A DNA stretch of 64,000 bases from an uncultured delta proteobacterium (GTDB taxonomy: Bacteria > Desulfobacterota > Binatia > JACPRU01): NCBI GenBank assembly GCA_963745025.1, contig CAVUWD010000016.1, forward strand, positions 256,001 through 320,000. Reading direction: 5' to 3'. Positions within the stretch are counted from its first letter, which is position 1. Every line of letters starts with the position of its first letter. Shown one piece after another: positions 46,321 through 58,224 of the stretch. The notes under the pieces were generated by a model. That model saw nothing but the letters and a program-made list of their open reading frames with translations. It had not been told where the DNA came from and did no database searches. The position numbers were made by a program, and so were the translations under genes.

Positions 46321-46785
46321 ATGAGACGCTCCTTGGCGAAATCGCTGCTCGCTGCCCTGCTGCTCGTGGGCTGCAGCACGTCCACGCAACAAGCGCCGAG
46401 CGACACGTCGCAGACGTACGTGAGCGCTCCTGTGGAAGCGCCGCCAATGCCGACGTTCTTCGTCTACGTCGTGAAGTTTCGCGGTGAGACGCTCGGGCGG
46501 ATCGCCGAGTGGTACACCGGTAGCTACGACAACTGGAGGAAGATCGCCCGCGTCAACAGCGATCTGTCGGTACCGAACGCTCGGTTGAAGATCGGCAGGG
46601 AAGTGAAGATCCCGACCGAGATCGTCGTTCGACAGGATCCGCTTCCCGAGCCGAAGCCAAAGCGCGCCACGACCGCTCGCAGGGAAGCGAAGCCGTCCGC
46701 CGAAGTGGAAGCTCCCACCGCACCGCAAGAGGCGCCTGAACCCGCGGAGGCACCCGCGCTCCCTCCCGTGATCGGTCCCCGGTAG
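46321..46785 (+). CDS. LysM-domain lipoprotein with Pro-rich tail
   Basis: LVGC lipobox; GETLGRIAEWYTG..WRKIARVN..LKIG. Confidence 0.85.
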   Translation: MRRSLAKSLLAALLLVGCSTSTQQAPSDTSQTYVSAPVEAPPMPTFFVYVVKFRGETLGRIAEWYTGSYDNWRKIARVNSDLSVPNARLKIGREVKIPTEIVVRQDPLPEPKPKRATTARREAKPSAEVEAPTAPQEAPEPAEAPALPPVIGPR

Positions 46786-46825
46786 AAGGCTCCGGAAGAC
46801 GGGCGCCGCTCCCACTTTCCGGCGG

Positions 46826-49800
46826 TTACGGCGTCCCCCTTCCTCTCCGCCGCTCGCTCCAGCTCTGGAAAACCACGTAGAACACGGGGACGAACAGCAC
46901 GGCGAGAAGGGTCGAGGTGATCATGCCGCCGAACACCGCGGTGCCGAGCGCACGGCGGCTCGCGGCGCCAGCGCCGGAAGCGATCACCAGGGGGTAGACG
47001 CCCAGGATGAAGGCGAACGACGTCATCAGGATGGGTCGGAAGCGCAGGCGCGCCGCCTCGACCGCGGCCTCGGTGATCGGCTTGCCGGCGGCTCGCGCGC
47101 TGCGCGCGAACTCCACGATCAGGATGGCGTTCTTGCTCGCCAGAGCGATCAGCAGGACGACGCCGATCTGCGTGTAGACGTTGTTGTCCATGCCTCGCAC
47201 GGCAACCGCGATCACGGTGCCGAGGAGGGCGAGGGGCACGACGAGGACCACGGCGCGGGATTGAACCAGCTCTCGTACTGGGCCGCCAGGACGAGGTAGA
47301 CGAGCAGCACCGCCAGCCCGAAGACCAGAAACGCCTCCCTTCCCGCCTTCTTCTCCTGGTACGACATGGCGGTCCATTCGTAGCCCATCGCGGCCGGCAG
47401 CTTCGCTGCTGCCATCTGCTCCATGAGGGAGAGTGCCTGGCCGGAGCTGTAACCCGGGCGCCGACTCGCCGGTGATCGCCGCTGACGGGTAGAGGTTGTA
47501 GCGAGTGATGATCTGCGGCCGAGCTTGCGCTGCACATCGACGAGCGTCCCGAGCGGCACCATCTGTCCCGCGGGGTTGCGCACCTCGAGGCTGCTTGATG
47601 TCGTCCGGCGTAACGCCGAAACGCCGGCTCGGCCTGGATGCGCACCTGATAGGTCCGGCCGAAGAGGTTGAAGTCGTTCACGTAGGCCGAGCCGAGGTAC
47701 GCCTGCAGGCGTGTCGAAGATGCTCGAGAGCGGGATGCCGAGCGTCTTCACCTTCGTGCGATCGACGTCGACGAAGACCTGCGGCACGGCCGCTCGGAAC
47801 GTCGAGTTGAGCGCGGTCAGGCCGGACTGGGAGTTGCCGTCCTGCACCATCTCCTGCGTGACCTTCTCCAGCGTCGTCAGGCCGACGTCCCCGCGGTCCT
47901 CGATCTGCATCTGAAAGCCGCCCGCCACCCCGAGGCCGCGGATGGCCGGCGGCGGGAAGACGAACGTGATGCCGTCCTGGATCTCCGCGAAGCGCCGTCG
48001 CAGGTCGTCGAGAATGACGCTCTTGGCTGAGCTGGCTCACCGCGCTCCTCCCAGGGCTTGAAGACGACGAAGAACGTGCCGGCATTCGCGGCGACCGTAC
48101 CATCGAGGATCGAGCGGCCTCCCCACGAGTTCCAGTCGGCGACGCCCGGCGTGGACTCGACGATCCGGTTCATCTTCTCGATCGACGAGCGCGGTCCGCG
48201 ACAGCGAGGCCGCGTCGGGCAGCTGGATGCCGCTGATCACGTAGCCCTGGTCCTCGGTCGGCAGGAAACCCGTCGGCAGAGATGTGAAGCCCCACAGGGT
48301 CACCGCGATCAGCGCGCCGAAGGCGAACATCATCGCCGTCGTTCTTCGCACCATCCAGGCCACGAGACCGATGTAGGCGCGCTCCACCCGCGCGTAGAGC
48401 GCGTTGAATGCGCGGAAGAAGGCGTTGCGTGCTCCGGGCTGTGCCGCAGCTAGGCGGCGCACTGCGCCGGCTTCAGCGTCAGGGCGTTGATCGCGCTGAT
48501 GAGCCGCGGTGACCGCGATCGTCAGGGCGAACTGCCGGTAGAGCTGACCGGTGATGCCGCCGAGGAACGCGCGTCGGCAGGAACACCGCCATCAGCACGA
48601 GCGTGATGCCGATGATCGGCCCGGTCACCTCGTCCATCGCCTTGATCGTCGCCTCGCGCGGGCCGACGGCGCTCGGCGTCGATGTGATGCGCCGCGTTCT
48701 CGACGATCACGATCGCGTCGTCGACGACGATGCCGATCGCCAGCACCAGGCCGAACAGCGTGAGCAGGTTCACGGAGAAGCCGAACGAGCGCCATGCCCG
48801 GCGAAGCGCGCCGATGATCGTCACGGGCACGGTCGTGGCCGGCACCAGCACCGCGCGCCAGTCCTGCAGGAAGAGCAGGATCACGATCAGCACGAGCACG
48901 CCGGCCTCGATGAGCGTCTTGTAGACCTCGCGGATCGCCTGGCGGACGAACTTGCGTCGTGTCGAAGGGGATCTCGTAGATCGATGCCCTGCGGGAAACG
49001 AGGGCTTCAGCTGCTCCATCGCCGCGCGCACCTGGTCGGCCACGTCGAGCGCGTTGGCGCCCGGGAGCTGAAAGACGGCGATGCCGGCGCGCCGGCTTGC
49101 CGTTCTTCTGGAAGAACTGATCGTAGACCTGGCCGCCGAGCTCGACGCGGGCCACGTCGCGGAGCCGCGTGATGCGGCTGCCCTCGCGTCTTGACGATGA
49201 TGTCCTCGAACTGCGCGACGTCGGTCAGCCGGCCGAGCGTCGTGACCGTGAACTGGAAGTTCTGCGTCGGGGGCGCGGGCGGCTGGCCGATCTGCCCGGC
49301 GGCGACCTGCACGTTCTGCTCGCGGATCGCGTCGATCACGTCCTGCGTCGTCAGGCCGCGCGCCTTGAGCTGCTGCGGGTCGAGCCAGACCCGCATGCTG
49401 TAGTCGCCGGCGCCGAAGACGTTGACGTCGCCGACGCCGTCGATGCGGGCCAGCTCGTCGCGGATGCGCAGGGTCGCGTAGTTGGCGAGGAAGAGGCTGT
49501 CGTAGCGGCCGTCGGGCGAGGTCAGCGCGACGACGAGGATGATGTTGGTCGACTGCTTCTTGACGGTGACCCCCTGCCGCTGCACGTCCTCCGGCAGCAG
49601 CGGCTTGCGCGATGCGCCACGCGGTTCTGCACGAGCACCTGGGCGATGTCGAGGTTCGGTGCCGACCTCGAAGGTCACGGTCAGCCCGTAGGAGCCGTCG
49701 CTCGAGCAGGTCGACGACATGTAGAGCATGTCCTCGACGCCGTTCACCTGCTGCTCGATCGGCGCGGCGACCGTGTCGGCACACGACCTGGGCGTTGGCG

Positions 49801-49955
49801 CCCGGATAGGTGGTCGAGACCTGCACGGTCGGCGGCGTGATCTGCGGGTACTGCTCGACCGGCAGCCAGCGGAGCGTCACCAGGCCGAAGACCATCGTCA
49901 CGATGGCGATGACGTTGGCGAAGATCGGCCGGTCGATGAAGAAGCGCGAGATCAT
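46826..49955 (-). pseudogene. HAE1 RND efflux permease with many frameshifts (pseudogene or sequence error)
   Basis: MISRFFIDRPIFA, GIVVDDAIVIVEN, KNAILIVEFA, RFRPILMTS spread over several frames. Confidence 0.88.
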
Positions 49956-51175
49956 GCGGGCGGTGGAGTCGGCGAGGCGGCGTCAGCCGCCGGCGTCGCC
50001 GGCGGCGCCTTCGTCTCGATGCGCAGCGGCTTCACGGCGCTGCCCGGCCGGGCACGCTGCAACCCGTCGACCACCACCCACTCCGCGGGCGTCACGCCGT
50101 CCTGGATCACCCGCAGATCGCCTTCCGTGAGCGGTCCGACGTGGACGCGGCGGTACTGGACGGTGTTCTGGGCGTCGACAAGCAGCAGGTAGGATCCGCC
50201 TTGGTCCGCCTGTACGGCGACGTCGGGCACCAGCACCGCCTGCCCGCGCGTGTAGGGCACGCGTACGCGCGCGAAGAGCCCGGCCAGGATCACGTGATTC
50301 GGATTCGGAAACACGGCTCGAACCTCGATGGTGCCGGTATCGGGATCGACCCTGTTGCCCGCGTAGTCGACCTTCCCGGCGTGCGGGAAGCCAGTCTCGG
50401 TGGCGAGGCCGAGAAAACTCTTCCATCCCGACCTTGGCGCGGCCACGTTGTCCTGGCCCTCGGGTGCGACCGTGCGCCCCTGCCGCTGTAGCTCCAGGGC
50501 CTGCAGGAGCTGGCGCTCGCTCACGGTGAAGTACACGTAGACCGAATCGTCGTGGACGATCGAGGCGAGCAGCGTCGCCTGGCCGCTGCCGACGAGATTG
50601 CCGACGTCGACGAAGTTGCGGTCGATGCGCCCGTCGATCGGCGCGAAGATGTGGGTGTAGGAGAGATCGAGCTTGGCGGCTTGGAGGTTTGCCTGCGCCA
50701 TCGCCAGCTGCGCCTTGGCGAGATCCCGGGCTTGGGTCTTCTGCACGAGATCGGTGCGGCTTCCGGCCGAGCCCTTGATGATCGCTTCGGTGATCTCGAG
50801 CTGCGCCTGCGCCGCCCGGTACTGCGCTTCCTTGCCTTCGAGGTCCGCTTGCGCCTGATCGGCCCGAGCCTGGTAGAGCGAGGGCTCGATGATGAAGAGC
50901 AGGTCGCCCTTCTTGACGTTCTCTCCCGGTTTGAAGTTGACGCTCTGCAGGTAGCCCTGAACGCGAGCGCGGATGTCGACGGCTTCGACCGCCGCGGTAT
51001 AACCGGTGAATTCGTTGTAGGTAGTGATCTCTTGCGCGATCGGCTGGCTGACGGTCACCTCGGGGGGCGGTGGTGGCACGTAGCGGTTGCGGCCGCACGC
51101 GCCGAGAACGACTGCCGCGAGACCGACCGCGAGAACACGGCTCCTCGCCACCGACGTGGGCTTCCCGTGGTTCAT
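49952..51175 (-). CDS. RND efflux membrane-fusion lipoprotein
   Basis: LGAC lipobox; RARVQGYL, VKKGDLLF, APIDGRI, GTIEVRA. Confidence 0.93.
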   Translation of the reverse strand: MNHGKPTSVARSRVLAVGLAAVVLGACGRNRYVPPPPPEVTVSQPIAQEITTYNEFTGYTAAVEAVDIRARVQGYLQSVNFKPGENVKKGDLLFIIEPSLYQARADQAQADLEGKEAQYRAAQAQLEITEAIIKGSAGSRTDLVQKTQARDLAKAQLAMAQANLQAAKLDLSYTHIFAPIDGRIDRNFVDVGNLVGSGQATLLASIVHDDSVYVYFTVSERQLLQALELQRQGRTVAPEGQDNVAAPRSGWKSFLGLATETGFPHAGKVDYAGNRVDPDTGTIEVRAVFPNPNHVILAGLFARVRVPYTRGQAVLVPDVAVQADQGGSYLLLVDAQNTVQYRRVHVGPLTEGDLRVIQDGVTPAEWVVVDGLQRARPGSAVKPLRIETKAPPATPAADAASPTPPPA

Positions 51176-51191
51176 GAATTGCTCCGCCGAG

Positions 51192-52802
51192 TCACCACTC
51201 GGGCCACCACCATCGCCACTGCCACCAGCGACGGCTCTTGGTTTCGGCCGCCGCCGCGTCGACGTCGCGCGCGCGCGCCTCGGGTGGGAGCAGGCTTCCC
51301 CAATACGTGCGCGCGCGCATTTCGTCGCGCGTTTCCTCTGGGATGAAGTCTTGGCCGTTACGGATCTCCCATCCGCCACCGAGCGCCTTGTTGAGCGCGA
51401 TCACGCTGAGCGCGACCGCGCCGCGGATCGAGGCGAGTAGGTCTTCCTCGCGGAGCTTTGATTGTTGCGCGTTGAGGACCGACGTGAAGTCGGTTGCACC
51501 TTCGCGATACTGCACCCCCGATATCTCGACGGCGCGCTCGGCAGCCGCCACGCTCTCGGCCAGTAGCTCCACCTGCTGGCTGCCGCGCAGATAGCCGACC
51601 AGCGCGTCCTCGACCTCCTGCTGCGCGGTGAGCACCGTGTTCGCGTAGGAGACGGCGAGCTCCTGAAACGTGGCATCCTGGAGCCGCACGTCGTTCACCA
51701 AGCGCCCGTAATTCAGGATCGGCCAGTTGAACGCGGGACCCGTCGACGCCTCGAACGAACGGCCCTCGAAGAAGTTGGCGGCGTCTTCAGCGCGCAGGCC
51801 GATCGAGCCGACGAGCTGGAAGGAGGGAAGGAGGTCGGCCGTCGAAACGCCGATGCGTGCGCTCTGCGCTGCCGCGGCCCGTTCGGCGCGGCGGACGTCG
51901 GGCCGCCGACGCAACAGGTCGGCTGGAATGCCGACGGCCATGGTCGCAGGGACGTGCGGGACGTGGCCCTCGCCGCCGACTTGCTGCGCGAGCTCGCTCG
52001 GCGGCAAGCCGAGGAGCACGCAGAGCGAGTCGACGGATTGGCGCATCTCGATGCCGAGCTGCGGAATCGTCGCCTCGGTGTCCTTCAGCAGGGCGGTCGC
52101 TTGCTGGACGTCGAGCTCCGACGTGCCGCCCGCCTCGAAGCGCACGCGGGCGATCTCGAGGCTGTTGCGCTGCACGCGCACGTTGTCGCGGGCGACGGCG
52201 AGACGCTCGTCGAGCACGCGGATCCGCACGTACGTGGCGGCGACCTCGGCGATGAGGCTGACCAGCACATCGTCGTAACCGGCCACGGCGGCGAGGAGAT
52301 CTGAATCCGCCGCTTCGATCGCGCGGCGGAATTTCCCCCAAAGGTCGAGTTCCCACACGGTGTCGAAACCGGCCTGCCAGGTATCGAAGGCACGGGGCCC
52401 GATCTGGCTGAACGCTGCGTTGGTGCTGCGCTCATTCGAGGTATAGCCGCCGCGCAACGCCTGTTGCTGCGGAAAGAAATCGCCGATGGCCACGGCGCGG
52501 CGCGCTTGTGCCTGGAGGACGCGGAGCCCGGCGGCGCGCAGCGAAAGATTTTGCTGGTAGGCGGCGTCGACGAGCCCGCTGAGCACTGGGTCCTGGAAGG
52601 CGTCCCACCAGCGCTCCGCGCTCACGGGTTCGGTACGAACCCCCGGTTGCTGCGCTTCGATCCAGCTTCCGCTCGTCGGCGCCGCCGGGCGGGCGTAGTC
52701 GGGACCGACGCTGCAGCCGCACGCAAGGAAAACGAGGGCCGCGCCGATGCTCGTCCGTTCGGCATACGTCCGCCAATCGCGCCTATTCGCTGTCGCCGGC
52801 AT
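51192..52802 (-). CDS. outer-membrane efflux channel (NodT/OprM family)
   Basis: ACGCSVGPDYARP, WELDLWGK, GIPADLLRRRPDV, KALGGGW. Confidence 0.93.
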   Translation of the reverse strand: MPATANRRDWRTYAERTSIGAALVFLACGCSVGPDYARPAAPTSGSWIEAQQPGVRTEPVSAERWWDAFQDPVLSGLVDAAYQQNLSLRAAGLRVLQAQARRAVAIGDFFPQQQALRGGYTSNERSTNAAFSQIGPRAFDTWQAGFDTVWELDLWGKFRRAIEAADSDLLAAVAGYDDVLVSLIAEVAATYVRIRVLDERLAVARDNVRVQRNSLEIARVRFEAGGTSELDVQQATALLKDTEATIPQLGIEMRQSVDSLCVLLGLPPSELAQQVGGEGHVPHVPATMAVGIPADLLRRRPDVRRAERAAAAQSARIGVSTADLLPSFQLVGSIGLRAEDAANFFEGRSFEASTGPAFNWPILNYGRLVNDVRLQDATFQELAVSYANTVLTAQQEVEDALVGYLRGSQQVELLAESVAAAERAVEISGVQYREGATDFTSVLNAQQSKLREEDLLASIRGAVALSVIALNKALGGGWEIRNGQDFIPEETRDEMRARTYWGSLLPPEARARDVDAAAAETKSRRWWQWRWWWPEW

Positions 52803-52879
52803 CGACCGGGGATCTCTACCGCACCGCGACAGCCGATGTAAGTGCGAGTCGCCGCCGCCGCGGATGGTGGCTCGCTCGG

Positions 52880-52960
52880 CTACTGCGTGAGGAAGCTCGT
52901 CACCGCTTCGACGAATGCCTCCCGCTGCTCGAGCATCGCCAGATGGCGGTGCCGGTGCCG
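52880..52960 (-). pseudogene. possible C-terminal remnant of an alpha/beta hydrolase
   Basis: HLAMLEQREAFVEAVTSFL-stop resembles the family's C-terminal His motif. Confidence 0.45.
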
Positions 52961-53003
52961 TTCGTCCGGTAGCGCGTCGGTCTTGGCAACCGAAGATTTC
53001 GGC

Positions 53004-53168
53004 AAGCCGCGAATCAGCGGTCTCTGGCAAGGTGCCGCCCGACGTCGTAAGCTCCCATTCTCGGAATGGGTGAAGCTCGACCCGGAGCACATCGAGAGTT
53101 GTTCGTTGGCCCTCGATCTTCGGATCTTGCTGTCGACCGTGGCGATCCTCGGAAAAGGAGCGCAATGA
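53004..53168 (+). pseudogene. C-terminal remnant of a priming sugar transferase (WcaJ/WbaP type)
   Basis: KPRISGLWQ..EWVKLD..I..SLALDLRILLSTV..KGA resembles KPGITGLWQ..LD..YI..SL.LDL.IL. Confidence 0.7.
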
Positions 53169-53395
53169 AGAGGAAGATCGCACTGTTGCTCGCATGGATC
53201 GCCGTTGCGGCCCCCGTGCTGGCCGCCGAGGAGCCTGAGTCGCGGCGAAAAGAGTCAGAGACCTACGAGAGCCCCGTTCTTTCGCTTCTGCTGCTGCCGG
53301 TCAACGTGCTGATCAAGATCTCGTCCGTGTTCGGCCCCGGTGAGACCGACAAGTCACCTCGCGACTCTCGTCCCGCGGGCAGCTCGTCGAAGTAA
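53165..53395 (+). CDS. small exported hypothetical protein
   Basis: MKRKIALLLAWIAVAAPVLA signal peptide; AGGAG RBS; ATGA coupling. Confidence 0.65.
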   Translation: MKRKIALLLAWIAVAAPVLAAEEPESRRKESETYESPVLSLLLLPVNVLIKISSVFGPGETDKSPRDSRPAGSSSK

Positions 53396-53559
53396 GCCTC
53401 CGCCACGCGCGGACAGGTGCGCGCCGTGCTCGTCGGTCTCGTTTTGCTCGGTCCGGTAGATCAGGGAGAGGTGGGGGCTGATGGATCGCGCCGGGGGCTC
53501 TGGCGAGTCCGTCGCTGCAGGTCGCGGTGATCCGCTATCGCCAGCGTCAGCCCCGAGGA

Positions 53560-54489
53560 CTAACGTGGCGTCGGCGTCGGTGCGGGGGTCGGCGACAGAC
53601 GCTCGATCGTCGATGCGTCGATGCCGAAGCTGGTCTCGTTGCCCTGGACCTGGACGCCGTCGCCGCCGTTCAGCTCGTTACACTGGAGCGACGTGCCGTC
53701 CTGGTCGCTGATCTTGGTCGTGGAGTTCAGGTTGACCTGAACGTTGCCTCCCGCGTTCTGCGCTACGGTCAAGTTCGTCGGGCAATCGAGGGAAGCGATC
53801 GTGCCTTCGAGCGTCGCCGGCGTCGGGGTCGCGTTCGTCGCCGGACTCACTTGGATTAGCGCTGCCTCCACGTCGCCTCTTGAATCCACGGTGCCCTGGA
53901 CCTGAGCCGTCGGTCCCGTCGAGAGATCGCCGCAGCCCAGAGGTACTCCGTCTTGGCCGACCAGCACCGTCGAAGACTGGAGGCGAACCCGGAAGGGCAC
54001 CTGCTCGCCCGAGAGTACCTGCAGGAGATTTCCCTGGCAGTCGATGCCCGTGATCGGTCCCTCGAAGGAAATTCGCTCCTGCGAGACGGTGATCTCTGCG
54101 CCGCTTAGATCCACGTCGATGAGATCGAGCTCGCCGCCCGCCGGAAGCGTGACGGCGAGCGTAGCGTCGGCACCGTTGCCCGCGAACCGCAGAAGGGACT
54201 GGCCGAACTGGTTGCCCTGCAACCGGAAGAACCCGTTGCTGTCGGTCGTCGTGGTATTGCTCGACAACTGGATCGACACGGCGATACCCGGCACCTGGGC
54301 CACGGCTTCCGGAAGCGTCCAGGCCCGCACCAGCTGCCACAGCCTGCCGAGGCCATGGCGCGCGGTACCCGCCGACGCCGAGCGTACGTTGCCGGTGACG
54401 ATGGTGGGCGGCCGTCCGCTGGAGCCTCCACTGCAGCCTGCCACGAGCGGCGCGGAGAGCGAAAGCAACACGAAGACCGGGAGGTTCAT
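53560..54489 (-). CDS. DUF5666-like repeat lipoprotein
   Basis: VAGC lipobox; two EGxIxxxDC..T..L.C..L..G..VQG beta repeats. Confidence 0.7.
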   Translation of the reverse strand: MNLPVFVLLSLSAPLVAGCSGGSSGRPPTIVTGNVRSASAGTARHGLGRLWQLVRAWTLPEAVAQVPGIAVSIQLSSNTTTTDSNGFFRLQGNQFGQSLLRFAGNGADATLAVTLPAGGELDLIDVDLSGAEITVSQERISFEGPITGIDCQGNLLQVLSGEQVPFRVRLQSSTVLVGQDGVPLGCGDLSTGPTAQVQGTVDSRGDVEAALIQVSPATNATPTPATLEGTIASLDCPTNLTVAQNAGGNVQVNLNSTTKISDQDGTSLQCNELNGGDGVQVQGNETSFGIDASTIERLSPTPAPTPTPR

Positions 54490-54603
54490 TCGGTGCATCC
54501 CGTCTCTCGTAGCCGATGAATCCGCAAGCCTCAACACTTTTGAGGGGTAGGCAGCAACATTCCGCCTGGTTCGCGACGGCAGAGCCGCGCCCAACCGGAA
54601 CAT

Positions 54604-57600
54604 TTACGACGTGGTCAATGTCCCTGCCTCGAGGGGCGAGAACGTACGGGGACCCACACGGCCCCAGCCGACGGCTCTTCCCTGGATGGCGCGCAGGATG
54701 GCACGGAAGAGCACGAGATCCATGAGTTGTCGATAGTAGAAGCGCTGGAACGGCAGCGAGACGAGCAGCGACCAATCCTCGTCGCGCTCCAGAGTGAAGG
54801 CGACCAGGCTCGTCACGAGATCGATCAACAGGAACACTGCGAAGAAAAGGACCGCGCGCTCGACGTCTCCCGGCGTCCAGAACTGGAGGAACGGTCCGAT
54901 GTGTGCGCGCGCGAGGGCCCAGAGCACGATCGATCCGAAGAACAACAGGTCGACGACCGGGCAGAAGAGCGGCAACACGATCTGGAAGAGCAGGATGTGC
55001 GGTAGCGCCACGCGTCCGAGCGTACCGTAGCGCTCGCGGCCGAAGGCGTCGCGGTGCTTCCAGAGGGCCTGCAGAGTTCCGAAGGTCCAGCGAAAGCGCT
55101 GGCGTACCAGCGCGTCGGAAGTCTCTGGAGCGATGGTGCGGCCGACGGCCTCGTCATCGAAGAGAATGCGCCAACCGTTGCGCCGGATCGTCAACGTCAG
55201 GTCCGTATCCTCGGCGACCGTGTGACGCGAAAACCCTCCGCTCGAGCGAATAACCTCTGTTCGCCAGGCGCCGACCGCGCCGGGCACGACGGTGATGCAG
55301 TTGAGCAGATCGAACGCCCGTTTCTCGAGGTTCTGCCCGCTGATGTACTCGAGCGCTTGCCAGCGCGTCAGCCACCGGCCGCGGTTGGCCACCTTGGTGT
55401 TGCCGGCGACGCCTGCCACGTCGCGATCGACGAAGTGCCGGACGAGCTTCCACATCGTCGTCGAGTCGATCTGCGTGTCGGCATCGATCGTGAGCAGGAT
55501 TTCACCCCCTGCCTCGGCAACCGCACGGTTCAGCGCCGCGGATTTTCCTTGGTTCGGTTGGCGGAAGAGCCGCACGCGCGGGTCGCGCGCGAATTGGGCC
55601 TCGACGATCGCGCTGGTCGCGTCTCGCGACCCGTCGTCGACGACGATCACCTCGAAGTTGGCGTAGTCCGACCGGAGCACCGAAGCGAGAGTGGAGGCGA
55701 TCACCCCCTCCTCGTCGTAGGCGGGTATGAGAACGCTCACTCGAGGCCGGAATCCCGCCGCTGGAACGGGGGCTCGTCGGCGTCTGTGCAAAACCGCGAG
55801 AGTCACGACGGCAAGCGATCGCACGGCGATCAAAACGATCGCCGTCAGGCATACCGCGGCGACGCCGAGGCGCAACCCGCGAAACGCATCGAAGACGAGC
55901 ATGTTGGCACGCGCCATCCAACGATCGATCCGCCCGAGACGCGGCATCGTCTCGTCGCGTGTCTCGCCGAGCAGCGTCGAAACGGCGACGAGCTCGAAGC
56001 CCGCGCCGCGAAGCCCATCGATCAAGCGGGGCAGGGCGGCCATCGTGCTCTGCCGATCCCCTCCGCCGTCGTGCATCAGAACGACGTGGCCGTCTCCCTC
56101 GCGCGCCTGCTCGATCACCGTGGCGACGATCTCGTCGGCGCTCGGCGGCGCCTCGTGGTCCCCGTCGCCCCAATCATTGGCGTCGATCTGCGAGCCGACG
56201 ATGCTGTAGCCGAGTTGCTGGGCGTAGCGCAGACGTTCCAGACCTCCGGACGACACGGCCTGATCGTCGACCCCGTAGGGAGGCCGAAAGAGCCGTGTGC
56301 TGACGCCGAGCCAGCTCTGGATCAGCCGCTGGGTTAGCATGAGCTCGAGCTTCAACTGCGAGGGGGACATCTCCTCGAGGTCGGTATGCGTGTAGGTGTG
56401 ATTCCCGATCTCGTGTCCCTCGGCGTAGATTCGCTCCAGCAGTCGCGGCGACTGATACGCGGCGATGCCCGTCACGAAGAACGTGGCCACGACGTGCTTG
56501 TCGTGTAGTGCCTGCAGAATGCCAGGCGTGAAGCGGGGGTCGGGGCCGTCGTCGAAGGTGAGCGCGATCTTGCCAGGGGCGCCTCCCTGCTGCTCGACTT
56601 GGTAGGGATGCGGATAGCTCGAGAAGCGCTCGTCGACGATCGTTCCCGTGTTCGGATCACGGCGGATGTGGCGGCGGCCCGCCTGCGCGGTGCGCGTAAT
56701 CTTCCAGACGTCGCCCTCACCGACGACCTGGGGAATCTTGTCCGGCGGCACGTTCTGCAGCGCGCGGAGCGCGGTCTCGCGATTCGCGGTTCGGTTCCAT
56801 AGCGACCAGAAAGTAGGGTCTTCGGAGCCGAGTCGCCAGAGCGCGGTGCCGAGTACCTGGGCGGTCTCGGCGGCGTGGATCTGGTTGTGCGCGGTCACCG
56901 CGTCGAGAAGCCACACGCGATGCGTCCGCTTGCTCGCGTCGAGGTACGAAAAGTGTGGATTCAGCGACTGCGAATCGAGAACGAGACCGACGGCGGATGC
57001 CTGCGCCGCGCTGAGCGCGTCGGATACGGTCAGCGATTCCGCCGTCGACGCGCCCGGCGCGCCTTCGACCCAGTCGTAGGCGTAGTTCGCCACGCCGACT
57101 ACGAGCTTTTCAGCGGGGATGGATTCGAGCGCCTTTTCGAGGTTGGCGGCGAACCAATTCTGCGCAGCGATCGGCCCCGGGGGAGAGCTTTCCCAGTGTT
57201 GGTCGTAGTTCATCAACACCACCGCATCGCAGACGCGGCCGAAAAACGCGTAGTCGTAGTCCGGGTCCATGGCGGGGAGCGCCATGAGAAGCCGGCGTCC
57301 GTGCCCGTGAAGCCGGGTCGCGAGCTCGCTGGCGAATGCTCGGAGAGCCGGCTGAGCCGCCGCGGGCACGTCTTCGAAATCGACGACGAGGCCAGCGGAG
57401 CGATGCTCGACGGCGTAGCGGTCGAGGTCGGTGACCAGAGTCCGACGCGATTCGACGCGGTCGAGCACGCCGCCGAGCTCCGCGCCACGCCAAGCCGTGC
57501 CCTCGAAATTGTCGACGAGCGGGGTCACGGCGATTCCTCCTCCGTTCTCCCGCAACCATCCGGTGAGCTCGGCATCTGAGTCTGCGATACATGACCGTCG

Positions 57601-57971
57601 CGCGAGGTCGCGTGCAGTAGCGCCGGCGCCAGCACGTCGAGATCCTGATGATGCTCTTTGAGCGAGCGCAGGCTCGTCGCATCGTCGCTGACGTAGAAGC
57701 CGATTCGCAAGGGGGACGCCGTGCCGCCGGCATGGGGCGCCGGCCATCGCAGGGTGCCCCCTGTGGCGCTGCGCCCGGCGGGCAGCATGAGTGCGTCCGA
57801 CTCATTCGCTCCCGGCGAATCCTGCGGCAGCTCCGGCCCTTCGAACACCGCAAACGCAAACACCGAGAGCAACAAGGCCGCGGCGACGGCGGCGACGGAC
57901 AGGACACCACACGTCCGGCGCCAGCGCTTCTCGCGCTCGTCGAAGAAGATCGCCTTGGTCTCGCTGCTCAT
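54604..57971 (-). CDS. trifunctional GH18-like / polysaccharide deacetylase / GT2 synthase with one frameshift near 57589
   Basis: VVDFE and MNYDQHW; TFDDGP, GNHTYTH, FRPPY, MHDGGG; VDDGS, DAD, EDTD, QRFRW; N-terminal TM part in ORF 57525-57971. Confidence 0.9.
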
Positions 57972-58224
57972 CGAGTGTGGAGGGTGTCGACGAGTCGTAA
58001 ATGCCGGTCGCCGACCGACGGGTCAACAAGGGACGATTGACGACCGCGGCGGTGGCGATCGAAACTCGCCAGGCGGAGCTGACCCGCGAGCGCTGCGACA
58101 TCTTCAAGCCGGACTTCGCGACCGATCTCGACCTCGTTTTCGAGACGCCTGATGCGAAAGTCCGCTCGCTGTCGTGCCATGGCCACGCGCACGGATCGCC
58201 GTGCGGGGTGGATTGATCCGTTGC

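Noticed and set aside
58001-58216. 71-aa ORF between the GT2 gene and the histidine kinase
   Set aside because: No RBS or recognisable homology; may be a remnant but unsupported.
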